Assembly (NCBI GenBank): GCA_963711835.1
Contig: CAVQFQ010000015.1
Span: forward strand, 1-64,000
DNA from: an uncultured delta proteobacterium
GTDB taxonomy: Bacteria; Desulfobacterota; RBG-13-43-22
DNA length: 64,000 nucleotides
Reading direction: 5' to 3'
Below are positions 10,732 through 20,356 of the stretch, piece after piece; positions within the stretch are counted from its first letter, which is position 1, and every line of letters begins with the position of its first letter. The notes below the pieces were generated by a model. It was not told where the DNA came from, did not search any database, and was given only the letters and a program-made list of their open reading frames with translations. Both the position numbers and the translations under genes were made by a program.

Positions 10732-12254
10732 TCAATCGCCCAGGTCGGCTTCCATGAGCTGGTGGGGATGGCCATGAAAATCCTCGAGCGGCCCTATCGG
10801 TTTCCAGGCCAGATCGCAAAAAAAAGGGAACGTTTTCGGCCTGGATGTGGGCGGTGAAGTGCGAGCACCCCTGTTTCTTTACATAGCGGACCGCTTCATG
10901 GACCAATAATCCTCCGGCGCCGGAGTGACGAAAAGGTTCTTTCTCAATGGCCAGCCGGCCGCCGATCCAATGACCATTCTGGTCGACCGGAAAAACACGC
11001 ACTGTTCCGACCACCCGGCCATCCATTGTCGCCACTAAAAAGGTGCTCTTAGCATCGTCTTCATCTCTATCCGACTCCTGAAAGAGTTTTTGTTCTTTCA
11101 CAAAGACGTTATGCCGGATTTCAAAAACCCGATCGAAATCAGACCTCTCTCGGGCGGGATGGCAAATCAGGCCTTCTTCCTGATGCTCAAAAAAAGGCAG
11201 GGCCGAGCAGGCGCCGCAGCGGACACAGCCTGCCAGAGACCGTGTTGAATGCAGGCCCTTTCGTCTCAAAATTTCCGCCACCTGTTCATACAGGCGGATC
11301 ATCAGGGCCGGATCCGGCGGCCGTTCCTGTTCCATCAGGGAACCTGGAATGGGCCGCAGAGGGAACCATAAAAGGATAGACCCCCAGCTCCGCAAGAAGC
11401 TCACTTCCCTCGATGATCGAATCTTCTTTTTCACCCAGACCGGCGATCAGGAAGCTGCTCACCTGGTTGGGTCCAAAAATCTCCACCGCCTTTTTCCAGG
11501 AGGCCACATAGGCCTCCAATCCCAGGGCCGATTTGTAGGGGGCGGCTGTTGATAAAATCTCAAAGTCAAAACTTTCAATGTGAATTCCTACCGTATCAAG
11601 GCCCGCTTCTTTCAGTTCCCATAATATTTCAGGATCATCAGGGGGAAGAAGCTGGGCGTGGACCGGAAGGCCGGTTGCTTCTTTGACGGCTCGGATGCAG
11701 GCGGCCAGAATCCTTATTTCGTGATCCGGCCTTTCGGATGCGCCGGTGGTCAGGACCACATGGCCAATGCCGTCCTGCTTTGGGCCTCCACGGCCACCTC
11801 AGCCAGTTGCTCAGGCGTCTTGACCGGCAAGGTCTGACCTGCTGAAAGGGTCAATTCAATACCGCAAAAACGGCATCTGTTTCCGGATCGCCAGTTGAGC
11901 GCAGGTTTGATTAACGGTCGTGGCCAGACAATCCCGGCCGTGAAGGAGGGCGATTTTATTGTAGGCAATGACCGTCTACTGTGCGGCCCAGATAAAACCG
12001 CGGCGGATTGACCAGCTCAACCGTTCCAATCTCTGGCTTCATTTTTTAAAAGAACAGAACTGCCCCTTTTCTTCTCCAACCAAAAAAGGAGAATTCCTTA
12101 CAAATGCGCCCCTCAAAGGCACGGTCACCGGACGCCCGGCAATCACGATAGTCGCCCCCTCGGCCGGACCCGCCCCTCCCCTTCTGGCCAGGACCTTTTG
12201 ATCCATCCGCAATCCGAGGCTTTGAAGTTCGACAACTATGTTAGACTTAATCAT
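10732..12254 (-). CDS. Radical SAM protein (MSMEG_0568/NitD family) fused to a C-terminal GNAT domain (MSMEG_0567-N/Sll0786/NitE type); broken by several single-base frameshifts
   Basis: Reconstructed across frames: ELQSLGLR..RRGGAGP, KIALLHGRDCLATTVNQTC-x8-CRFC, SSFLIAGLGE, AGCVRCGACSAL, then RHNVFVKEQKLF, GGRLA, FTAHIQ, HGHPHQLMEADL*. Confidence 0.8.
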
Positions 12255-12272
12255 TGTTAATGTGTTGGGATC

Positions 12273-12456
12273 ATTTTTTTTGCCACGGACACACGACAGA
12301 CAAAGGCGGGCGATTCCGAGACCTAATCGAACGCGGCGCATAAACTCCGTCGCTTCGCGAGGAAAAACTTTTTATGCGCCAAAGGCGCTGAAGATTAGGG
12401 TGGCGGCAGATCGCCGTCCCGCTGCAAGCGGGTCCTGTCTTTGTCTGTGGCAAAAA
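12273..12456. mobile_element. MITE-like element with TTTTGCCAC...GTGGCAAAA ends
   Basis: Terminal inverted repeats; a diverged inverted copy at 51666-51824 shares the core TTAGGGTGGCGGCAG(A/G)TCGCCG. Confidence 0.65.
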
Positions 12457-12462
12457 TATTTG

Positions 12463-13059
12463 TTACCTATGGATCATCAAGGCTACTTCGGCCACCCTTT
12501 TGCCCAGGTTGCGAACCGTCTCCAGTCCAAAGGCATCCCCAGCAATACCGTCGGGATGGCCGCTCCAGACCGTCCCCCCGAAATGGGCCGTGGGCCGGCC
12601 GTCGCTGACGATAACCATATCCTGAACCAGCAGGGCGGCCTGAACGGCCTGGATGGTCAGACTCTGCCCGCCGTTTCGGACTCCCCCCACGGCAATAACC
12701 CCGCCCACCTTGTTGCGCAGTAGAAAGCCGTTCCGTCTCAAGGAGACGCAACGATCCAAAAAGGCCTTGCATTGGGAGGTCATGGAACCCATATAGACCG
12801 GTGTGGCTACCACCAACCCCACCAGCGCCGGATCGGTCAACGGCCTTATGATCTTTTCGAAATCATCTTCCTGACTGCACTTCCATTCTTTCGCGCATTG
12901 ACCGCAGGCCAGACATCCCCCAAGCCTATAGTCGGCCAGTTCAAAAAGGTCCGTTTCCATCCCTGGAGCAGCTTCCCGGACGGCCTCCAAACATTTTTCC
13001 AGGGCATAGCAGGTCGTCTTGCCTTTTCGGGGACTGCAACAAATGCCGATAATTTTCAT
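12463..13059 (-). CDS. Iron-sulfur flavoprotein (Isf / flavodoxin family)
   Basis: MKIIGICCSPRKG, CLACGQC-x5-C, ATPVYMG, RNGGQ. Confidence 0.88.
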   Translation of the reverse strand: MKIIGICCSPRKGKTTCYALEKCLEAVREAAPGMETDLFELADYRLGGCLACGQCAKEWKCSQEDDFEKIIRPLTDPALVGLVVATPVYMGSMTSQCKAFLDRCVSLRRNGFLLRNKVGGVIAVGGVRNGGQSLTIQAVQAALLVQDMVIVSDGRPTAHFGGTVWSGHPDGIAGDAFGLETVRNLGKRVAEVALMIHR

Positions 13060-13824
13060 AAGGATCGCCCTTCCTGTCCTTTCTGTTTCTGCTGTTTTAG
13101 ATGCTGTAGAATCAGTCCGTCGCAAGGTATTGAATTCCGGATCGGTGCGCTCCCTCGGTCGCTGGGTCTCCACCTTCAGAATCGTTTCAATCCGGGCCGG
13201 TCTTGGGGACAGCACCACGATCAGGTCGCTCAGGAAGACCGCTTCGTCCACGTTATGGGTAACGAAGAGGATCGTATCCCCTCGTTTTTGCCAGACAGCC
13301 ATCAAGAATTCCTGCAGGTCGTTCCGGGTCTGGCTGTCCAGCGAGGCAAAGGGTTCATCCATGAGGACCACTTGAGGATTCATGATCAGAGTCCTGGCAA
13401 TGGCCACCCGCTGCTGCATCCCTCCGGATAACTGGTGCGGGTAGTGCTCTTCAAATCCGTTCAGCCCGATAATGGAAAGATATTCCCGGGCCAGCCCTTC
13501 CCGCTCCTCTTTTCCGAGGCCTTGAATCTCCAAACCGAACTGGATGTTCTCCAGGGTGGTCCTCCAGGGGAAAAGGGCGTATTCCTGGAAAACCAGCCCG
13601 ACTTTCTTTGACCCCAGGGTGAGTTCTTCGCCGTTCCAGAGGACCCTCCCCGAGTCGGCCGGTTCCAGACCGGAGACGATCCGGAGCAGGGTCGTCTTAC
13701 CGCAGCCGCTGGAGCCGATAATGGAAATAAATTTGCCGGCTTCGAACCGGCCGGAAAGACGATCCAGAACCGGGATCTCCGCACCGGGCGGTTTGGCGGG
13801 ATAGGTCTTGCTCAGTTCGACCAA
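13056..13824 (-). CDS. SsuB/TauB-type ABC ATPase (apparent fusion to the flavoprotein is caused by one extra base)
   Basis: GSSGCGKT, FQEYALFPW, LSGGMQQRVAIAR, LMDEPFASLD; removing one base near 13116 gives a stop overlapping the next start (ATGA). Confidence 0.88.
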
Positions 13825-13849
13825 TTCTAGACACCAAGGGAGAATCCTC

Positions 13850-14608
13850 TTATCCTTTCCAGGGTATCAGGCGCGATTCTGTTTTTCTCAGGCCGGTATC
13901 GATCAGCAATCCGATCAATCCGATGACCAGCATACCGGCAATGATCTCATCCGGTCGCTGGATGTCCCGGGCCGTCATGATCATATAACCCAACCCGTAG
14001 CCCTCCCTGATGCCGGTAAACTCAGCCGCCACCAGGGTCATCCAACCGATCCCGATCCCGATTCTCAGGCCCACAAAAATGGAAGGAAGCGACCCGGGCC
14101 ATAAAACCTTAAGGAAAATGTCCTTCCCCCTGGCCTGCAGAGACCGGGCGGCCTCGATCAGGAGGGGATTGATGGAGAGCACTCCGGAGATGGTGTTCAG
14201 CAGGATCGGGAAAAAGGCTCCCAGGAAAATAATGAAGGCCGCCGACTTGATCCCTATGCCGAACCATAAAATGGCAATCGGTATCCAGGCCAGGGGCGGA
14301 ATGGGCCGGATGACTTCGGTCACCGGCCGGACATAACTCCTGAGTTTCTCCGACCAGCCCATGGCCAGGCCCAGGGGGATGGCCAGGAGAGCGGCTATCC
14401 CAAAGCCGAGACCTACCCGGTAGAGGCTGTAGAGGATGTGCTTATGCAGCAGATGCCCGGGGGGCATCCCTTCGACCAGGAGTTCTTTAAGACCCTGGAG
14501 GATTTTCAGGGGCGAAGGAAGTTTATAATCGGGAATGACTTCGAGAGAAGACAGGACCTGCCAGAGAAAAATCAAACCTACGGGGACAATGATCCCTTCC
14601 TTTTTCAT
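13850..14608 (-). CDS. SsuC/TauC-type ABC permease
   Basis: RPIPPLAWIP, EAA loop, WMTLVAAE. Confidence 0.9.
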   Translation of the reverse strand: MKKEGIIVPVGLIFLWQVLSSLEVIPDYKLPSPLKILQGLKELLVEGMPPGHLLHKHILYSLYRVGLGFGIAALLAIPLGLAMGWSEKLRSYVRPVTEVIRPIPPLAWIPIAILWFGIGIKSAAFIIFLGAFFPILLNTISGVLSINPLLIEAARSLQARGKDIFLKVLWPGSLPSIFVGLRIGIGIGWMTLVAAEFTGIREGYGLGYMIMTARDIQRPDEIIAGMLVIGLIGLLIDTGLRKTESRLIPWKG

Positions 14609-15576
14609 TTCCTGGGCATTTCCGGCAGAAATTGGGGGTTCAAAAATTGCTGGATGAAGAGGCGGCTGTCTTCCACGGTGATATATTTTAACCTGGCCAG
14701 AAATTCCACAAATTCTTTTTCCCCTTCCACGCTGATGGCATAGGTATAATGGACGTGTTTCATGGCCAGGTCGATGGTTTTTTCATCCATCCCGGTAAAT
14801 TTCACGGCGATCTGCCGGGCCTCCTGAGGGTACTGCCCGATGAACTCGGTGGCCCGGACGTGGGCCTTGACCATTTTCCGGGCCTGTTCCGGCTGGGCTT
14901 CCAGGAATCGGGTATCGGCCACCAGGACACAGCAGGGATGATCCTTCCAGATCTCCCGGGAATGGGTCAGGATTTTCCCGGCCTCCAAGGTCAAGGCCCT
15001 GGCCGGAAAGGGCTCCCAGGCGATGAACCCGTCAATGTCTCCGCTCCGTAAGGCCCCGATCATCTCCGGCGGCTTTAAGACCAGGATAGTGACCTGTTTC
15101 GGATCCAGCTTGGCTTGCAGCAGGGCTTTACGCAGCAGCAAGTCCTGCACCGTGCCGTGCCCGGGAACGGCCAGGGTCCGGCCGGCCATATCGGCCAGGG
15201 ATTGCCAGCGGGGCTCCTTGCGGACCACCAAGACCGACCCCTCGGTATTGACCTGGGCCAGAACGACCACCTTGGCCGTTTTGTTGGCCACGGCGGTGGT
15301 GGCCGGGGCCTCTCCCACATAGGCCATGTCCAGGGCGCCGGCTGAAAAGGCGGTCATCAACTCCGGTCCGGCCTTAAAAATTCCGGCCACCTTGACCTCC
15401 AGACCTTCCTGGCCATAGAACCCTTTTTCCAAAGCCACCCAGCAGGCCAGATGATGGATGTCATTCTGAAGGTAGGCCAGGCGGATGGGCTTTTTTTCGG
15501 CGCCCTCGGGCAACCCCTGAACCAGAAAGCTCAGAACCAAGACCCCCAAACTGATGGTTACTAATTTCAGCCTCAT
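14605..15576 (-). CDS. SsuA/TauA/NrtA-type ABC substrate-binding protein
   Basis: Signal peptide; IAWEPF, WKDHPCCVL. Confidence 0.87.
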   Translation of the reverse strand: MRLKLVTISLGVLVLSFLVQGLPEGAEKKPIRLAYLQNDIHHLACWVALEKGFYGQEGLEVKVAGIFKAGPELMTAFSAGALDMAYVGEAPATTAVANKTAKVVVLAQVNTEGSVLVVRKEPRWQSLADMAGRTLAVPGHGTVQDLLLRKALLQAKLDPKQVTILVLKPPEMIGALRSGDIDGFIAWEPFPARALTLEAGKILTHSREIWKDHPCCVLVADTRFLEAQPEQARKMVKAHVRATEFIGQYPQEARQIAVKFTGMDEKTIDLAMKHVHYTYAISVEGEKEFVEFLARLKYITVEDSRLFIQQFLNPQFLPEMPRK

Positions 15577-15721
15577 GGACGATCCTCTCTGTTCCCCCAA
15601 ATAGCCTTCCATATCCTTGGAGGTATTAAGATCCGGATGTCGGCCCAGGCCCCCTGAGTTTCCTCTAATAATTGGTCCGGTCCGCCCCTATGCCAAAAAT
15701 GCTTTAGGGCCATTCGCGACC

Positions 15722-17056
15722 TCAGGTCTTTTTCAGGGAGGACTCGACCAGATAACTCACGTCCCGCATAATCAACGGCGAATCCAGGGCCTTGATGCCC
15801 ACCTGAAGACCGGCATAGCAAAAGGGGCAGGCGGAGATCAGCTCCTCGGCCCCGGTGGCCTCGGCCTCCTGCACCCTTCTTTGGGCCATCTTGTTCTGAA
15901 TGTCCGGGAACCCGGCCTTGAGCCCCCCGCCGGCCCCGCAGCAGCGTGAGTATTCCCGGCTTCTGGGCATTTCGATCAGTTCCAGACCGGGAATGGCTTG
16001 CATCAGAACCCTGGGATCTTCAAAGACCCCGCTGGCCCGGCCCAGGTGGCAGGGATCATGAAAGGTGACCCTTTTCTCCACCGGGGTCTGAAAGGACAAA
16101 TGGCCTTCTTCCACCTGCCTGCGCAGGAATTCAACCGTATGGAGGACCTCAAAATTCAACTTGCCCACCTTGGGGTAATCCTCTTTGATAGTCTTGAAGC
16201 ACCCGGAACAGGAACTGACCAGGGTCTGGATATTCAGACTGTTGATCTGTTTGATGTTGTCGGCGGCAATCCGCTCGAATTCCTTATCGCCCATGCGCAT
16301 GAGCACGCTGCCGCAGCACCTCTCCTCGCCCCCCAGGCAGCCGTAGTCGATGCCCAGGGTCTCCAGGATATTGATGGTGCTGACGGCGATCTGTTTGACA
16401 TTGACGTCATAGACGGCGGTGCAGCCTAAAAACAGGAGGACCTTACCGCCGGTCTTCTTGATTTCTCTGGGCGGAGCCAGTATTTCGTTGTCCTTCTGGG
16501 CCCGGCGCACCCATTTGGTACGGGCGGCCCGGGGCTGCTGCCAGGGATTGTCATAGGCTTTGACGCTTTTAACCAGGACCTTCTGGGAGTCCAACGGGCC
16601 ATATCCCGAGGCGACGATCAGCCGGCGAATATCCTCCCAGAGATTGACCGTATCGATGTTGGCCGGACAGACGACCTGGCATTGCCCGCAGGTGGAACAT
16701 TCGTAGAGGTTCTTGACGAACTCCTCCATCTCCTGCCGACCGATTTCTTTATAGCCCAACACGGCGCCCAGCAGCTTCATCAGCGGATTTTTCCCTTTTC
16801 CCTGCTTCAGGATCTTGGCCAGCAGGCCGTGCTGCGATTTGACAATCCTTAAAAATGCCTGAATTTTCTTCCGGGGCAGGATGACTTCCCGGCTGTCCTG
16901 ATCATAGACCGGACACCAGTTCAGACACTCCCCGCAGCGGGTGCAGCCCTCAAGCTGAATCAACCTTTTGATATCCAGATTGGAAACAGGGATCTCCACC
17001 ACCTTGGCGGCCTCTTCTATCGGCGCTGGCTGGAGGGCTGGGGTTTCTTCGGTCAT
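15722..17056 (-). CDS. HdrD/GlpC-like Fe-S oxidoreductase
   Basis: Two CxxCxxCxxxCP motifs plus two CCG domains (RCCGS...SCSGC; HDPCH...CCGAGGG...ACPFC). Confidence 0.9.
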   Translation of the reverse strand: MTEETPALQPAPIEEAAKVVEIPVSNLDIKRLIQLEGCTRCGECLNWCPVYDQDSREVILPRKKIQAFLRIVKSQHGLLAKILKQGKGKNPLMKLLGAVLGYKEIGRQEMEEFVKNLYECSTCGQCQVVCPANIDTVNLWEDIRRLIVASGYGPLDSQKVLVKSVKAYDNPWQQPRAARTKWVRRAQKDNEILAPPREIKKTGGKVLLFLGCTAVYDVNVKQIAVSTINILETLGIDYGCLGGEERCCGSVLMRMGDKEFERIAADNIKQINSLNIQTLVSSCSGCFKTIKEDYPKVGKLNFEVLHTVEFLRRQVEEGHLSFQTPVEKRVTFHDPCHLGRASGVFEDPRVLMQAIPGLELIEMPRSREYSRCCGAGGGLKAGFPDIQNKMAQRRVQEAEATGAEELISACPFCYAGLQVGIKALDSPLIMRDVSYLVESSLKKT

Positions 17057-17058
17057 GC

Positions 17059-18495
17059 TTACTTCCTTTTATAATTCAAAATCAGGGTTAAGGGGGTGAT
17101 CAGGATATGCTTCATTTTCCCGAAGGGTAAATAGGCGATGAACAGGGCCCCGACAAGGGCATGGGCATACCAGAGATAATAATACAGGGACGGCCAATCC
17201 CAGGGGATATAGGAAAAGAGGTTGGACAAGGGATAGCCGATGAAGGAATAAACCGCCACCTGGTTCGGGATTTGAGTGATCAGGATGCGGGCCCCTTCGG
17301 TTATGAATCCCAGGATCACCAGGCTCCCGAGGATCCCCAAGGCCCAGTTGTCCTGGCCCTCTGTCAGCACATGAGGAGGTTTAAGGACAAAACGCTGTAG
17401 GAAAGCCCAGAACAAACCCAGGATGATCAGCAGTCCCAGGAAATCGTTGCTGAAAGCCACGAAAGGGACATTTTTATCAACCAAGGCCTGGGCCAGATTG
17501 CTCCCGGGGCTTACCCGAAAAACGAACAGGGTAAAGAGACTCAGTCCAAAACGCAAAAGAATGGAAAGATAAATCAAGGAATGGATGGACCAGCGCTTGA
17601 TGCTTTCCTGGAGGAGCCGGCGCTGGAGGAAGATATCGAACCAAACCGTCTTGAGAATTGGGCCTATCTCCCTTGAGAAGAGGGTGCCCCAGACGGATTC
17701 AGAGCCCGCGGATAACTTGCGGTGTCCGGATTGCTCCTCCCCGCCTACGCTGCCTTTGAACCAGAAAAGGACGGTGCCCAACAGCCCCAGAATCAAGACC
17801 ACCAAAGCAATCCAGAAAATAGGATGCCCTATGGCCAAGGGGGCGTTATGGCAGACCAGACAGAGAAGGCTCTTGGAAGGCAGGACGGCTGCCGAGGCCC
17901 CGACGGTATTATTAGGGAAGTGACACTTGAGGCAGAAGTCCTTGTCCTGGGTATTCGGCAAGCCGTGGTCAGTCAGTCCGATAGGGTTCTTTTGTTCATT
18001 GACCTGAGCCAGCTTAACCTGGTCGCTGGTTTTATCCAGAAAAACAGCGTTTGATTTGCGGTGGCAGGCCTGACAGGAAACACGCAGGTGCGGATCATGG
18101 ACCGCCCCTTCGCCGTGCAGGTTATGACAGGACAGACACTGGGCCCCGGTTATGGTTTTGTGGGGGGAGCGGGCCACATCGGTGTGGCAGTGGAGGCAGG
18201 CCAGGAATCGGTGGCGGCTCTTGCCGAAGGACTCGGATAGGACCTGAAGGGAGACCGCTGTCTGGCCCACCTTTCTCTGGGCTGTCTCCTGGCTATGGCA
18301 TTCGTAGCACAGGGCCTGAGAGGTCCGGTCGCCTTCATTGGCGTTGATGTTGGGAGTCCGATGGCAGTCCAGGCAGACCCTTTCCTTGCCTTCCAGGGCC
18401 AGCTTCATCATTTCCTGTTCCTGGGCCCCTGCCTCTCCGATCAGGCCGAGGCACCCGATTAACAGAAAAAAGACCGTCAGCGTCTTGAGAGTCAT
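17059..18495 (-). CDS. Seven-heme cytochrome c fused to a NarI/DsrM-like membrane cytochrome b domain
   Basis: Signal peptide; 7 CxxCH; C-terminal TM region with RWSIH and YAHAL...YLPFGKMKHIL. Confidence 0.85.
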   Translation of the reverse strand: MTLKTLTVFFLLIGCLGLIGEAGAQEQEMMKLALEGKERVCLDCHRTPNINANEGDRTSQALCYECHSQETAQRKVGQTAVSLQVLSESFGKSRHRFLACLHCHTDVARSPHKTITGAQCLSCHNLHGEGAVHDPHLRVSCQACHRKSNAVFLDKTSDQVKLAQVNEQKNPIGLTDHGLPNTQDKDFCLKCHFPNNTVGASAAVLPSKSLLCLVCHNAPLAIGHPIFWIALVVLILGLLGTVLFWFKGSVGGEEQSGHRKLSAGSESVWGTLFSREIGPILKTVWFDIFLQRRLLQESIKRWSIHSLIYLSILLRFGLSLFTLFVFRVSPGSNLAQALVDKNVPFVAFSNDFLGLLIILGLFWAFLQRFVLKPPHVLTEGQDNWALGILGSLVILGFITEGARILITQIPNQVAVYSFIGYPLSNLFSYIPWDWPSLYYYLWYAHALVGALFIAYLPFGKMKHILITPLTLILNYKRK

Positions 18496-19280
18496 TCCGA
18501 TTTCAATTCCTCTTCTTTTGGAGGTGCCGCTTCATCTTGGCCTGGAAGCCCTTCCTCGACCGCGGCCGCTGCCGCCTCGACCTTCAACCCCCCCGTCAGG
18601 AATTCCCATTCACCGGGACGTTCGTTTTTAATGCGTTCCGGGGTCGTTTGGCCGCTGAATATAACCCGATCCATGGGGTAGATCTCCGGACGCAGATGAG
18701 CCGTGACAATATGGATCACGAATTTCAGAGCTACAGCCATGATGGCCTCGTAGAGATGAATGACCTGGGCCAGGTTGATAAAATATCCGGGGATAAAGGC
18801 GGCAAAAAATTCGGGGAACCACATGACCAGGCCGGTCAGGCCCATGGTGTTCATACCCACCAGGATAGCCCAGTAATCGACCTTTTCCCAGTAGGTGAAA
18901 CGATCAAATTTCGGTACCTTGCCCCGCCCCAGGAAATAACGGATATGCTGGTAAAGATCCAAGAGGTCTTTTCCCCTGGGAAAGATGGTTTGGGGCCCGG
19001 TTAACCTGCCCTTGAGCAAGGTCTTATAATAGGCCAGCCAGCCCAAATGAATCACCACCCCGCTGTAGGTGATCACGGCCCAGAAGCGATGCCAGTAACC
19101 GAGCCATTCCTGGCCTCCCAGAATGAAAGCCACCCCTCGAGCCCAGAACTGGGAGCTGAATTTATGGGAAAAGCCGGTCAGTCCCAAGCCGATAAAACCC
19201 AGCATCACCACCCAGTGCAGGAAGCGGTGCAGCACGGAAAAACGGATGAGGATCTTATTATTTTCCTGGCTGGTTTGCAT
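18492..19280 (-). CDS. FdnI/HydC-type membrane cytochrome b
   Basis: RFSVLHRFLH, WHRFWA, FDRFTYWEKVDYWA, IHLYEA..FVIH. Confidence 0.87.
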   Translation of the reverse strand: MQTSQENNKILIRFSVLHRFLHWVVMLGFIGLGLTGFSHKFSSQFWARGVAFILGGQEWLGYWHRFWAVITYSGVVIHLGWLAYYKTLLKGRLTGPQTIFPRGKDLLDLYQHIRYFLGRGKVPKFDRFTYWEKVDYWAILVGMNTMGLTGLVMWFPEFFAAFIPGYFINLAQVIHLYEAIMAVALKFVIHIVTAHLRPEIYPMDRVIFSGQTTPERIKNERPGEWEFLTGGLKVEAAAAAVEEGLPGQDEAAPPKEEELKSE

Positions 19281-19413
19281 GAACAGTTCTTCCGCTATTT
19301 AATTTGTCTCCGGTTGGAGGACCGTCCTCGCCGAGGCTCGGGCTTTAGGTTTGAGGCAAAAACCTCAAGCCTCCAACCTCTAACTTCCAACAAAAAAATT
19401 ACTCTCTGAAATC

Positions 19414-20283
19414 TCATGGCCGTCTCTTTAATTTTTCATGTATTTCCCGCAGCAGCCAGAGGAACGAGTGACCGTAGAAAAAGATCACCACTACCAACAC
19501 CAGGGTTCCCATGACGACGGTTATCAGTTTGATGACTGCCACCTTGGCCTCTTTCTCCGGATTCTTTTCCTTTCCCGCCTCGAGGGTCGGATGGATGACC
19601 ATGCCGGCGAAGCTCAGATTGGCCTGGGGATGACAACGCTGGCAGGTCTGAAGCGCCTTTTTTCTGTCTTTTAATGAAAGACATTCGTGGGCCCCATGGC
19701 AGTCGGTACAATAAGCGGCCTTGGTGTTTCCCAGGTTTACAGCGGCTTTGCCGTGGAAATTATCCAGGTAAGTGACCTTCTGGGCCTGATGGCAGGAGCC
19801 GCAGACCTCCGTCAGGTCTCTCCCAATTTCCAGCCGCGACCTGTGGGCCTTTTCATAATGGGAAGCGTGGCAATCCCCGCAGGTCGGGGCCGGGTTTTTT
19901 TTCAGATTCGTGGGGGTTTGCGACTGTTCTTTTTCTTTTTGCAGGGCTTGGGCATGGGCTCCCTTTCGGTAGTATTCATAAGAGGACCGGTGGCAGGTCT
20001 GGCAGCGCTTGTAATCATATTTCCGGGAAGCCTCGAGCTTCAAGAACTGGGGATCCTTCCTATCCGGATGCAGTTTGCCCAGCTCTTTCATGGTACCGTG
20101 GCAGGCTTCACAATTCTGGGTGCCATGAGCTGAAGCCGCAAAGCGGCTCAGATCAATAAACCATGAAGTGGGTGGTGGCTCTGCTTTTCCGGCATACAAG
20201 AGGCTTCCCTTCAGAAAAAAGAGACTTCCCAGGAAGATGAAAGCCAAAGACAACAGCAAGCCTCTTTTTTCTGTTTTGATCAT
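19414..20283 (-). CDS. Six-heme cytochrome c with a C-terminal membrane anchor
   Basis: Signal peptide; 6 CxxCH; C-terminal TM helix carrying a His (FFYGHSFLW). Confidence 0.88.
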   Translation of the reverse strand: MIKTEKRGLLLSLAFIFLGSLFFLKGSLLYAGKAEPPPTSWFIDLSRFAASAHGTQNCEACHGTMKELGKLHPDRKDPQFLKLEASRKYDYKRCQTCHRSSYEYYRKGAHAQALQKEKEQSQTPTNLKKNPAPTCGDCHASHYEKAHRSRLEIGRDLTEVCGSCHQAQKVTYLDNFHGKAAVNLGNTKAAYCTDCHGAHECLSLKDRKKALQTCQRCHPQANLSFAGMVIHPTLEAGKEKNPEKEAKVAVIKLITVVMGTLVLVVVIFFYGHSFLWLLREIHEKLKRRP

Positions 20284-20338
20284 TTGGATTTTGGACCTTC
20301 GTGCTTGTTTCGGATTTCGTGCTTCGAATTTCGGATTT
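20284..20338. repeat. Heptamer-periodic repeat (copy of the 9672 family)
   Basis: TTGTTTCGGATTTCGTGCTTCGAATTTCGGATTT. Confidence 0.65.
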
Positions 20339-20356
20339 ATTGTTTGCCTTTTTAAT

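Noticed and set aside
12463-13824. Apparent ABC ATPase-flavodoxin fusion (453 aa)
   Set aside because: Removing one base near 13116 gives a natural ATPase end (RRLILQHLKQQKQKGQEGRSL*) overlapping the flavoprotein ATG (ATGA), and the region is rich in indels
15722-18495. dsrMK of sulfate reduction
   Set aside because: No dsrJOP; the Fe-S protein has two full CCG domains and the membrane subunit carries a 7-heme extension
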